Assembly: GCA_025356335.1 (NCBI GenBank)
Contig: JANXUF010000082.1
Location: 1,910 to 65,909 of the forward strand
Source: Actinomycetes bacterium
GTDB lineage: Bacteria; Actinomycetota; Acidimicrobiia; Acidimicrobiales; Ilumatobacteraceae
Length of the DNA: 64,000 nt
Direction of reading: 5' to 3'
Shown here piece by piece: positions 7,618 through 16,701 of this stretch. The notes below the pieces were generated by a model that saw only the letters and a list, made by a program, of their open reading frames with translations, was not told the DNA's origin and did not search any database. Made by a program: the position numbers and the translations under genes. Position 1 is the stretch's first letter. Each line of letters opens with the position of its first letter.

Positions 7618-9545
7618 GAGCCTGCGAAACGTCGGAGATAGAACGAGCGCCCGAGAAGAAATCCGAGCGCACCGAGCACGAACGTTCCCAGTTTCTTGAA
7701 TCCACTCCCGTCCGAAGGTGAGCCCATCGGCAGTGTCGTCGAGTAGGTCGCCACCCGGGTCGACGGAGGCCCGGTGACGACTGCTTCAGTTGATGGCCGA
7801 GCTTCGATGGGCACTTCTGTTCCAACCGGCACCACGTCGGCGGGGAGCGTGACGGCGGCAACCGGCTCGGATTCAATTGTCCCCTCAGTCGTCGCTGTCG
7901 TCGTTGTCGTCGTTGTCGTTGTCGTTGCCGTTGTCGTTTTTGTCGTTGTTCTCGTCGCCCTCACAGCAGTGGTGGCTCGCGCCGCAGCGGTACTCGTGGC
8001 TTGCACCGTCGACTCGTCGACCGGTGTCTTCGTCGAGTCGGTGACAGTCGTCGGAACGGTTGTCGGCATTGCCGTCGTTTCCGTGATCGTCTCCGGAACG
8101 GTCGGAGTTTCGGCAAGGGTGGAGTCGGCGATGGTCGTCGGCTCTGGCGTCGGAACCATCGAGCAGTGCTTCATCGTCCCGATTGCGACAACCCCAGGTG
8201 TTGCCGGTTCGTTCGGGCCAGGCCCGCCGGACACGATCCGCTCGTCCGTCCCGGTGCAGTTGGACGCGACCAACGCGTCCGCCTGTTGCAAAGCCTCGAT
8301 CTTCATCGCCTGCGTCAGGCTGACGCCGCCGTTGTCAACAACCGTCTGCTGCCCGTCGGTCACAACGTACCGAATGAGCGCGGCAATAGCGTTTGTCTGC
8401 TCGATCGACAGACCACTGCTCGGCGCGTAGAGGCGATTTACATAAACCATGGGATAGGCCCCATCGACCTCGTTGGTTGCGGCATAGTTCGGCTGGTCGC
8501 CGCCGGCGACGAGCGCCGCTTGCACCGCCTGCGGGGTGGGAAGGACGTATTGGCCGAGCGCATTCCTTACTGAGGCCGTAACGAACTTCATACCGGAAGC
8601 GGCGTAGTCCTTCGTCGCCTTCTTCACCGAATCGGTGTTCACCGCTGCAGCGTTGGCACCCCACGACCCGCCGGTGTCGCCGTCGCTGTTCGGGAAGCCA
8701 GCGCGCGTGAACGCAGCCAACACGCCGGTCGTGTATCCGCCACGGGGAACTACCGTCGCTCCGGCACTGATCGGATAGCGCTCACCTGCCCCTGTCCAGT
8801 TGCGTCCGGACCCGGCCTTGCTCAACGCCAACGCCCAATCGTCAGGCGAGATCTTCTGGATGTAGTTCAGCAAATACTGGTTCACCGAGGTGCCCTCGAG
8901 TTGGTAGACGAAGGCGGCAAGATTCGGACTGTCGGGGTTGCTCAGCCGTAACGTCGGCACGTCGATGGCCGCTTTCCATGGGTCTGCACTGAAAAATGTG
9001 CGCCCGCCCCACCCGGCGATCAGCGCTGCGAGATTCTGCGGTGGCAGGTTCAGGTTGCCCACGTATGGCGTGTCGGTGGGATCGCACTGTTCGGCCCCCG
9101 CATCGAGCTCGCACCCTGCGGGAAGAAACGTTCGTATCTGATACATATCGGCCCTGATGCCGAAGAACACGGAAATCGACGCCACCGAGACGGGAACCGA
9201 GATCAACGGCGTCGAGTTGGCCGGCCGCGATCGCAGCTCGTCGGAGCTGAACGGGTCCGCCGAGATCGCGAAGTCCACCTTCCCATTCAGCAGCGCAGCG
9301 CGACCGTCCCGATCTCCCGACGTCTGATAGCCGACGTCCACCGATCCGGCGGCACCGTAGAGGGCGTTCTGCCACGGAATTACATCAGCGTTGAGGCCGG
9401 CTGCGCCTGCCCCAAAGATCTCGACCGGAACCGGTTCGGCAGCGGCCCACACCGGGCGCAACATCATCATCGAACAGGCGCCGGACAAAATGAAGCCGAG
9501 CGCCGATCTCACGGTGAGGTGGCCCCGACGTCGTCGCCGTTTCAC
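7614..9545 (-). CDS. Large PstS-like substrate-binding protein with Thr-rich linker and C-terminal TM anchor
   Basis: 643 aa. Signal peptide. PBP-like core (VDFAISADPFS). ~130-aa Thr/Pro/Glu-rich linker including a T10 run. C-terminus GFKKLGTFVLGALGFLLGRSFYLRRFAGS. Confidence 0.65.
   Translation of the reverse strand: MKRRRRRGHLTVRSALGFILSGACSMMMLRPVWAAAEPVPVEIFGAGAAGLNADVIPWQNALYGAAGSVDVGYQTSGDRDGRAALLNGKVDFAISADPFSSDELRSRPANSTPLISVPVSVASISVFFGIRADMYQIRTFLPAGCELDAGAEQCDPTDTPYVGNLNLPPQNLAALIAGWGGRTFFSADPWKAAIDVPTLRLSNPDSPNLAAFVYQLEGTSVNQYLLNYIQKISPDDWALALSKAGSGRNWTGAGERYPISAGATVVPRGGYTTGVLAAFTRAGFPNSDGDTGGSWGANAAAVNTDSVKKATKDYAASGMKFVTASVRNALGQYVLPTPQAVQAALVAGGDQPNYAATNEVDGAYPMVYVNRLYAPSSGLSIEQTNAIAALIRYVVTDGQQTVVDNGGVSLTQAMKIEALQQADALVASNCTGTDERIVSGGPGPNEPATPGVVAIGTMKHCSMVPTPEPTTIADSTLAETPTVPETITETTAMPTTVPTTVTDSTKTPVDESTVQATSTAAARATTAVRATRTTTKTTTATTTTTTTTTTATTEGTIESEPVAAVTLPADVVPVGTEVPIEARPSTEAVVTGPPSTRVATYSTTLPMGSPSDGSGFKKLGTFVLGALGFLLGRSFYLRRFAGS
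7889..7957 (-). repeat. GTY/ACN triplet low-complexity tract encoding poly-Thr
   Basis: gtcgtcgctgtcgtcgttgtcgtcgttgtcgttgtcgttgccgttgtcgtttttgtcgttgtt encodes TTTKTTTATTTTTTTTTTATT on the minus strand. Confidence 0.9.
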
Positions 9546-11398
9546 GAGCGCAGGCCTTCACGCTTCGAAGCTCCAGCCACGAGCACCCCGAGGGCGCAGA
9601 CGCCGGCACCCTCCAAGAGAGCCCACGCCACCTGTTGGCCATCGACACCAACTTTCGCTTCGGCGCTGACCACCGGGCCGGCCTTCTTCACCGCGACCTG
9701 CCCTGAAGAGATCGCTGCCTGGGTTCGACCATCGACGCTGTCCGGCGGTGTGTCGACTGTGAGCGCTGCGGCGTCAGTTTCGGACGTGCCACCCGCAGCT
9801 CCTGAGTCGACGGCTGTTTGCTGCCCGTCTACTACACACGAGGCGTCTGAAGAGGACGCGGTGGTCGCTGGGACCGAGGATTCTGTCGAGGCAGTGGTCG
9901 AGAGATCTGTCGCGGTTGGAGTCAACGGATCTGGCGTCGTTGCCACCGACGTCGTGCAGGTCGGCGAAATCGTTGCCGGCGCACCACCAACCACCGTTAC
10001 TGTCGACGTCGCTTTCGTCGTCACCGTCGACGACCCCGATTTTGTCGTCACCGTCGACGACCCAGCCTTTGTCGTAGCTGTCGAGGACCCGGCCTTTGTC
10101 GTCACCGAGGAGGACCCGGCCTGGGTCACCGTCGCCCCGCCGGGCTGTGTTGCCGCCGGCTGCCCGGCCTTTGTCGTCACCGACTTCGGTGCCGTCGTCG
10201 TAGAGGGGGTCGTAGTGGTGACAGTCGGTGAACCGCTCAGTACGGCGCACTGCTCCCATGGAGGGGCTCCCGGAATCTTGGCGATCGCATCCTTGGCAAT
10301 AGCGACCAACTCAGCTGACAGCGGAGCGTACCCGTCGGGGATGCTCTGCTTGCCCTGGCCCTTCGTCACTGCGTAGCAAAGAAATCGCGCCAGCACCTGC
10401 CCCTTGGCGGGGTCGAAGCCGGTCGTCTGGGAAATCACATAGCTATAGGTCGAGGGGAAATAGGCGGCCGGATCGCTCGCCGAGAACTTGAGGATGAAAG
10501 TGCCGTCGTCGTTCTTCTGTGCGTATGACAGCGCCTTGTTGACGTTCGCCGCCGTCGGCGCAAGAAAATTCCCGGCCGCCGTCTGCATCAACGCGTTCGG
10601 AAATCCATCCTTGATCGCAAAGCCGGCCTCGTTGTAGGTGATGGTTCCTTCGCCATTCGAATCGGCAACGACTGACGCCACGCCGTCAGCATTGAAACCC
10701 GTGACACTGTGGCCGAACTGCGGCGGCCACGTCGACGTCGGTCGCCCGGCGATCAGTTCCGGGTCACCCGTCTGCGGTCCGAGCGTGGCAGCGAACTTCT
10801 GCCAGACGTCTGGGGCAACAGCGATACAGAATTGGGAGAACACATAGCTGGTTCCGGAACCGTCCTGACGTACCACTGGCCGAACCAGTTCATGCTTGAA
10901 GGCGATGTCCGGGTTCGGTCCGGCGATGTCCGGATCGTCCCAATACAGATCGGCCGTCTCGGTGAATATGCGGCACGCGGCCCGGCGGGTCAATTTGAGG
11001 TCGGTGATCTGTGCGCCGCTCTCGTCGGTCAAGTTGTACATCAGTCCCAAGCCGCCAGCACTCACTGGGACGTAGACGAAGTCCTTGCGCGGCGAGGCGT
11101 TGAGCGGCCCTATCTCCGAAGGTTGGAACGGGATATCGGACGCGCCGAAATCCAGGCTCCCCTGGATGTATTGCGTGCGCCCGTACGTCGAACCCTGCGA
11201 GTTGTAGTTGACGGAAAGGCTGTAGGGAGCTTTGCCGGTTTCGGCCTGCCACTGGTCGATCTCGAGCTTGGCGAACGATGAACCGCCACCATTGACGGTC
11301 GCACCATCGGCGAAGCTGCTCGGCACGCGCGCAAGCAATGGGGTAGCGGCCACGGCCGCCGCAGCCAAGAGCCGCACCAGCTTTGTCCAACGGTTCAT
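9542..11398 (-). CDS. pstS: PstS phosphate-binding protein with Ser/Thr-rich repeat linker and C-terminal TM anchor
   Basis: 618 aa. Signal peptide. GGGSSFAKLEIDQW and LDFGASDIPF PstS motifs. TTKAGSSTV 9-aa repeats. C-terminal helix ALLEGAGVCALGVLVAGASKRE. 4-nt overlaps with pstB and with the next PstS-like gene. Confidence 0.8.
   Translation of the reverse strand: MNRWTKLVRLLAAAAVAATPLLARVPSSFADGATVNGGGSSFAKLEIDQWQAETGKAPYSLSVNYNSQGSTYGRTQYIQGSLDFGASDIPFQPSEIGPLNASPRKDFVYVPVSAGGLGLMYNLTDESGAQITDLKLTRRAACRIFTETADLYWDDPDIAGPNPDIAFKHELVRPVVRQDGSGTSYVFSQFCIAVAPDVWQKFAATLGPQTGDPELIAGRPTSTWPPQFGHSVTGFNADGVASVVADSNGEGTITYNEAGFAIKDGFPNALMQTAAGNFLAPTAANVNKALSYAQKNDDGTFILKFSASDPAAYFPSTYSYVISQTTGFDPAKGQVLARFLCYAVTKGQGKQSIPDGYAPLSAELVAIAKDAIAKIPGAPPWEQCAVLSGSPTVTTTTPSTTTAPKSVTTKAGQPAATQPGGATVTQAGSSSVTTKAGSSTATTKAGSSTVTTKSGSSTVTTKATSTVTVVGGAPATISPTCTTSVATTPDPLTPTATDLSTTASTESSVPATTASSSDASCVVDGQQTAVDSGAAGGTSETDAAALTVDTPPDSVDGRTQAAISSGQVAVKKAGPVVSAEAKVGVDGQQVAWALLEGAGVCALGVLVAGASKREGLRS
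10013..10121 (-). repeat. 27-bp in-frame tandem repeat, 4 copies
   Basis: Units begin at 10013, 10041, 10068 and 10095 (tttgtcgtcaccgtcgacgacccagcc-like) and encode TTK(A/S)GSST(A/V). A degenerate fifth copy lies near 10168. Confidence 0.85.
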
Positions 11399-12354
11399 CC
11401 GAACCGCCCGGTGACGTATGCCAGCGTGCGTTCGTCCGAGGGTTGATTGAACAGATGGTCAGTGGCACCCGCCTCGACGATGCGCCCCGGCACGCCCTGC
11501 TCCTCGACGAGGAAAAACGCACACTGGTGCGATACACGTTGCGCCTGCTGCATGTTGTGCGTCACGATCACGATGGTGATGTCGTCAGCAATCTGCTGAA
11601 TCGTCTCCTCGACCACGCGCGTCGAGATCGGATCGAGTGCAGAGCACGGTTCGTCCATCAGCAACACCCGTGGACGGACGGCAAGCGAACGAGCGATACA
11701 CAACCGCTGCTGCTGGCCTCCGGAAAGCGACATCCCACCCTCGTTGAGGCGGTCCTTGACCTCCGTCCACAGCCCCGCCCGCGTCAGGCATTCCTCGACC
11801 AATGCATCCCGGTCGGTCGACTTGGTCCCTGACAGCTTCAACCCGGCCAACACATTCTCACGAATCGACATCGCCGGGAATGGATTGGGTTTCTGGAACA
11901 CCATGCCAATGCGCATCCGGACCTGAGTGACGGACAATTCGCGTCCATAGATGTCGACGCCGTCGAGTTCGACGCTGCCAGCGACTTTTGCCACGCGGAT
12001 CACTTCGTGCATCCGATTGAGGATGCGCAGGAACGTCGACTTGCCACAGCCGGACGGCCCGATCAGCGCCGTGACCTGACGAGCCTCCATTCGCAGGCTG
12101 CACCGTTGTAGGACCTTCCGCGACCCGAACCACGCGCTGACGTCCGTGGCAGCGAGCGTCGCCGGCGATCCGGAACCGAGACTCGTGCCGGGCATGGGCT
12201 GCGTGGACGGAACTGGAACCTTCGCGATCTCTCTGGCGATGAGACCGCTACTCCAACTGTCCGGTTCGGCCGCAACGATCGGCGGGAGGCCGTTCCAATC
12301 CTCCAACGACGGATCCTGCGTCGCCACCTCTCTTTCGAATTGATCGAACGACAT
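11395..12354 (-). CDS. pstB: Phosphate ABC transporter ATP-binding protein
   Basis: GPSGCGKSTFLR (Walker A), LSGGQQQRLCIARSLAV, LLMDEPCSALDP, THNMQQAQRVS. Has a ~55-aa N-terminal extension if the 12354 start is used. Confidence 0.9.
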   Translation of the reverse strand: MSFDQFEREVATQDPSLEDWNGLPPIVAAEPDSWSSGLIAREIAKVPVPSTQPMPGTSLGSGSPATLAATDVSAWFGSRKVLQRCSLRMEARQVTALIGPSGCGKSTFLRILNRMHEVIRVAKVAGSVELDGVDIYGRELSVTQVRMRIGMVFQKPNPFPAMSIRENVLAGLKLSGTKSTDRDALVEECLTRAGLWTEVKDRLNEGGMSLSGGQQQRLCIARSLAVRPRVLLMDEPCSALDPISTRVVEETIQQIADDITIVIVTHNMQQAQRVSHQCAFFLVEEQGVPGRIVEAGATDHLFNQPSDERTLAYVTGRFG

Positions 12355-12357
12355 CTG

Positions 12358-13551
12358 CTAGTTCCTTCCAAGTCGCTTGGCGCCGCGGGCCCCGATCCAC
12401 CGAGCCATGGTGAAAAGCACCAGCACGAAGAGCAGCAACAGCAATGCAGCCGCCCAGGCTCTGTCGTTCTGCAGCACGCTCTGGGTCCTGATGTTGCCGT
12501 AGGCGAAGGTGGGCAGCGACGATTGCGGTTCCTTGAGCGGGTTCTTGTTCATGAATTTGCTGTCAAATGCTGTCAGCAGAACGGGCGCCGTCTCTCCGAT
12601 CGCCCGGGCAATACCAAGAATCGACGCCGTCAACAGTCCGCTCTTGGCGGTGGGGAGGACCACTCTGGTCACGACGCGCCACTGCGGAGCTCCGAGCGCC
12701 AATGCCGCCTCACGGAGCGAGTCCGGCACGGTCCTGAGAATCTCTTCCGACGTTCTGGTCACCGTTGGAATCATCAAGATGGCCAAGGCCTCTGCAGCGT
12801 GGATACCCGCATATCTGGGCCAGATCGAGAAGATCAGCAGGCCGGCGACGATCGAGGGCAAGCCGGCCAGTCCTTCGACGATGAAACGGATCGCACGCGC
12901 CATCCGCCCTTCCAGCTCGTGGAGATAGACCGCAGTCAGAATGGACACCGGTATCGCAAACGCGGCGGCTATGCCCACCTGTTCGAAGCTGCCGACCATC
13001 GAATGCAAGACGCCGCCGCCAGGAGTATTCGGACCTGCGGTTCGCATGTCGCGGACGAGAAAGCCTGGGCGGAGTTGCTTGACACCCTTGAGGGCGACGA
13101 ACCCGAAGATCCACATGAGGCTGGCGACGACGAGGGCCCCGATGACCCATATCAGGGTCGTCGTCATGCGATCGGCAGCGAGTTCCTTCGTCGACGACTG
13201 CCGCACGAGCGCGTAATGGAAGCAGATGAACGACACCAGGAAGAGAACGACGAAGCTGAGCAGGCCGCCCCAATCGAGCAGCATCCGCAGGGCGACCACC
13301 AGATTGACTGCGGTGAGTGTCGCGAGCGTATATTCGACCACGACGGCGCTGGTCGTCCGCCCGACTGAGCGCGGCGAATCGTCATCGTCGGAATCCTGAA
13401 TGTCGGCAACCACCTCACTGGTGACGGAGTGGACTCTCCTGCGCCGCCTCGGTCCCTTCCGCGCTGTCGCAGGTCCGCGAAGCATCGTCGGCACCGCTCC
13501 CGAAGCTTCATCGGTGAGTACCTCGCCGGAGGAAATGTCGGCAGAAGTCAC
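12358..13551 (-). CDS. pstA: Phosphate ABC transporter permease PstA (long N-terminal extension)
   Basis: Six-TM MetI-type permease core with the EAALALGAPQWRVV loop. 4-nt overlap with pstC. Confidence 0.85.
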   Translation of the reverse strand: MTSADISSGEVLTDEASGAVPTMLRGPATARKGPRRRRRVHSVTSEVVADIQDSDDDDSPRSVGRTTSAVVVEYTLATLTAVNLVVALRMLLDWGGLLSFVVLFLVSFICFHYALVRQSSTKELAADRMTTTLIWVIGALVVASLMWIFGFVALKGVKQLRPGFLVRDMRTAGPNTPGGGVLHSMVGSFEQVGIAAAFAIPVSILTAVYLHELEGRMARAIRFIVEGLAGLPSIVAGLLIFSIWPRYAGIHAAEALAILMIPTVTRTSEEILRTVPDSLREAALALGAPQWRVVTRVVLPTAKSGLLTASILGIARAIGETAPVLLTAFDSKFMNKNPLKEPQSSLPTFAYGNIRTQSVLQNDRAWAAALLLLLFVLVLFTMARWIGARGAKRLGRN

Positions 13552-14540
13552 GAGAACCTCGTCGTTCTGGCCACGACGCGGCGGGCTGCGAATCCGACGG
13601 TGAAGGTCAATGCCATGAGCGCAACGCCGGAGGCGACAAGCGCGCTGAGCTCGAGCGGCGACGCCTCTCCGAACCGGAGGAAAATGTTCGCGGCGATCGA
13701 ACCGGCACCGTGTTGCACGATATGAGGGTTCGCTTGATACGAGATATTCTGTAGTACCAGAGCGACCGCCACGGTTTCACCCAGCGCTCTGCCGAAGCCC
13801 AGCATGGTCGCGCCGACGACGCCGGATTTCCCATACGGCAGAATCACGTCGCGGATCATCGCCCACCGACTGCCGCCCAATGCCAAAGCGCCTTCGCATT
13901 GTTCCCGTGGGACCCGCGCCATCACGTCTCGGGAGACCGACGTGATGATCGGCACGATCATCATCCCGACGACCAGACCGGCGATCATGCTGCTCCCGGT
14001 GAAGTCCGGCTTGCCTGTTGCGTTGCTGAGCCGGAAGAACGGGATCGCAACCAGGTGGTCCGAGATCCAACGCGAGACGGGGATGAGATGGTTCTTGAAG
14101 GCGAAATAGCCCCACATACCGAAGATCAGGCTCGGCACCGCAGCAAGCAGATCGATCACGGCTGTCAGCGTCCGACCGATACGCGGCGGCGCGTACTCGT
14201 TGACGAACAACGCCATCCCGACGGCTAGCGGCACCGCCACGATCAGCGCAATTGTGGCGATGGTGATCGTTCCGATCACGAGGCCGAGTACGCCGAAATC
14301 GCCAACCGCTGCGTTCCAGACGCTCGCTGTGAAGAAGTGCCACACACCGGTTTTGGCGAGCGCCGGTCTGGATTTGTTGAGCAGAAAGATCGCCGTCGCG
14401 GCGATGATCACCAATGCCACGGAGGCGGAGGCGACGCAGATCACCCGGAAGATTCGATCGCCGACCGTCGGGTTGTCAGCCGGCCTGATCGGTATGTCGT
14501 TCGACGGATCGTCGCTGAATCCCACCGGAGGCGCGACCAT
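13548..14540 (-). CDS. pstC: Phosphate ABC transporter permease PstC
   Basis: Permease core with EGALALGGSRWAMIRDV. I prefer the ATG at 14540 because a GAGGAG RBS lies 8 nt upstream. The ATG at 14567 is an alternative. The ORF-track start at 14849 is an Arg/Ser-rich extension. Confidence 0.85.
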   Translation of the reverse strand: MVAPPVGFSDDPSNDIPIRPADNPTVGDRIFRVICVASASVALVIIAATAIFLLNKSRPALAKTGVWHFFTASVWNAAVGDFGVLGLVIGTITIATIALIVAVPLAVGMALFVNEYAPPRIGRTLTAVIDLLAAVPSLIFGMWGYFAFKNHLIPVSRWISDHLVAIPFFRLSNATGKPDFTGSSMIAGLVVGMMIVPIITSVSRDVMARVPREQCEGALALGGSRWAMIRDVILPYGKSGVVGATMLGFGRALGETVAVALVLQNISYQANPHIVQHGAGSIAANIFLRFGEASPLELSALVASGVALMALTFTVGFAARRVVARTTRFS

Positions 14541-14617
14541 GGGCGCGGCTCCTCGCAGGAATGTCATGCCCCGATGTTGCGAGACCTGAGTAGACACCAA
14601 CTGACGTGCGGATGGAC

Positions 14618-14650
14618 GCCAGATGAACAGTGGTCCAGTCGGCTGTGAAC
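14618..14650 (-). promoter_or_regulatory. PHO-box-like repeats in the pstC / exosortase divergent region
   Basis: Minus strand reads GTTCACAgccg actggaccact GTTCATCtggc, with the two GTTCA units 22 nt apart. The site lies 78-110 nt upstream of the pstC ATG (14540) and ~50-80 nt upstream of the exosortase ATG (14701). Confidence 0.5.
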
Positions 14651-14700
14651 TCGACACTGACCGGCATGTAGCGAGGTCGGGTTCCTGCGAGCCTCGTGGC

Positions 14701-16461
14701 ATGAGCGCTGTCACGCCCCGACTGACCGACGATCTCGAGTCCACAACGGTCAATGGCCTGCCCGCCACATCAGTCGCTAGGACATTCCGAGTCACCGCAC
14801 TTGTGTCATCGGTGCGCACTGGCAGGTGGGTTCGCCCGGCGATCGTCACCGGCAGCGTCGTCCTTGCGTATCACACCAGCCTGCAGACGCTCATCGACGG
14901 ACTCAGCCTCGACACCCCGATCGCTCATCTTGCGTTGGTCCCGCTGATAGCCCTGATGTTGGCGCTCGCCGCCCGCCACAACGACGCCGGTCCGGATATC
15001 AGCGACCGTCAGCTGGATTGGATCGTCGGGTTCCCGCTCGTCTTTGGGGCGTTGATGGCGAACTTGATTTTGCCGGCCCGACTGTCGGCGCAGTTCTGGC
15101 TGTGGCGTATCGACTTACTGACGATGCCCTTCTTTGCGGCTGGCGTCGTCACCCTCGTCTACGGTATTCGCACGACCTGGAAGATGCGTTACGGCCTGTT
15201 CTTCCTGTTCCTCGCATGGCCCTATCCGTACAACGTTGCTCTGACGAACTGGCTCGGCAAGTTCACCGACCTCACCGTCGCCGGGCTTGCCAAGTCGCTC
15301 AACGTCGTCCACCTCGCCAGGCAGATGGGCAATGGGTCGCCACTGTTCGAAATCACCCATGGAACATCCAAGTTCACGCTCTCCGTTGCCTCCGCCTGTT
15401 CGGGAGCGAACGGGCTCGTCGGGTTCCTGCTCGTCGGCATCGCCTTCGCGTTGATGGTCGAAGGCACGCGCTGGCAGAAGTTCCTGTGGTTGGCAATCGG
15501 CGCGATCCTCGTGTGGCTGCTGAACATCGGCCGTCTGCTCGTGGTGTTCTTCGCCGCTCATCGTTGGGGTGAGAAAGTGGCGATCGACGGTTTCCATCCG
15601 TTCGTCGGTCTGATCGCCTTCACGCTCGGCGTAGCGATCATGGTGCTGGTGATGGGACGTTTCGGTCTGCGATTCAAAGCGATCGACAACCGAATCAAGG
15701 CAAAAGCCAAGGCAGCACTCACGAGTCGCTCATCGACTGCCCCACGACTGCGCTACAGCGCGATGTGCGTCGCAGTGATGACCCTCGGCGTCGGCTTCAT
15801 GAACTCCAGCCTGGAGAAGAACGACCTCGTGTCCACGAGTCTCGGCTCGCCCCGGCTCGTCGCGTTCGCCGAGAGCAAGGAGACGCCACCCGGGTGGAAC
15901 CTTCAGACCGTGCAAACGATCGAATGGGCGAAACCGTTCTTCGGCGACAGCTCCGAATGGGTGAGATACCAATACCTCAGCGCCGGCACGACCTCGGACC
16001 TGCAGTCGTCCGCCCCGATCACGACGGACATCATCGATACACCGAGTCGGTCGGCACTCAACGCCTATGGCGTCGAGGCGTGCTACAACTTCCATGGCTA
16101 CAAGGTCACAGGTGTGAAAAGTGTCGACATGGGCGGCGGTGTCGTCGGCGAGCTACTCACTTGGAGTAGTCCGAATGGCAAAGTCACATATACGACTCTC
16201 TACTGGCATTGGCCGATCAAGACACCGAAGGGGACGAGCTACGAACGGGTCACTCTGATCATCGTCGACCAGCCGTCGAATACCTTCAAATCCCCGGATC
16301 TCGGGACGAGTTTCGTCGATCAGATCGGCATCAAGGCGAACGACGCGATTCGATCGGCAGGCAACGACGAGTCCGTCGACCGCCTACTGCGGACCCGTCA
16401 ATTCCTCGTCGCCTTCGGCCGTGAGATGATTCAGAAACGCAAGCCGGCAGCGACCTCCTGA
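14701..16461 (+). CDS. Exosortase/archaeosortase-family membrane protein with fused C-terminal EpsI-like extracytoplasmic domain
   Basis: Polytopic. Motifs LSVASACSGANGLVGF (Cys codon 15397-15399), LLNIGRLL (Arg codon 15532-15534), then AAHRWG / DGFHPF His residues. This Cys..Arg..His order and spacing (C-R = 45 aa) is typical of exosortases. After one more TM helix comes a ~220-aa domain containing YGVEACYNFHGYKV. The start is uncertain: ATG 14623 or 14701, or GTG 14803. Confidence 0.75.
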   Translation: MSAVTPRLTDDLESTTVNGLPATSVARTFRVTALVSSVRTGRWVRPAIVTGSVVLAYHTSLQTLIDGLSLDTPIAHLALVPLIALMLALAARHNDAGPDISDRQLDWIVGFPLVFGALMANLILPARLSAQFWLWRIDLLTMPFFAAGVVTLVYGIRTTWKMRYGLFFLFLAWPYPYNVALTNWLGKFTDLTVAGLAKSLNVVHLARQMGNGSPLFEITHGTSKFTLSVASACSGANGLVGFLLVGIAFALMVEGTRWQKFLWLAIGAILVWLLNIGRLLVVFFAAHRWGEKVAIDGFHPFVGLIAFTLGVAIMVLVMGRFGLRFKAIDNRIKAKAKAALTSRSSTAPRLRYSAMCVAVMTLGVGFMNSSLEKNDLVSTSLGSPRLVAFAESKETPPGWNLQTVQTIEWAKPFFGDSSEWVRYQYLSAGTTSDLQSSAPITTDIIDTPSRSALNAYGVEACYNFHGYKVTGVKSVDMGGGVVGELLTWSSPNGKVTYTTLYWHWPIKTPKGTSYERVTLIIVDQPSNTFKSPDLGTSFVDQIGIKANDAIRSAGNDESVDRLLRTRQFLVAFGREMIQKRKPAATS

Positions 16462-16701
16462 GAGTCCGCGAGCATCCGCAACGAAGCTGCTACCTCACCA
16501 CCCGAACTCGCTCCGAAAGGGACAGCTACCCGCCACAGGCACGACCACTGGCCGCTTGAGTCAATGGCGGATCGGGCCCTTGTGTCTCGACGTTGACCGT
16601 TATTGTTCGGCGTTAATCGTCGCGGGCGGTCGAAGCAACCGCGCTGCTCGAGCGTCACTGCGGAATGAGCATGTAGGTGGGCGGAAGCTGTGCCCACGCA
16701 G

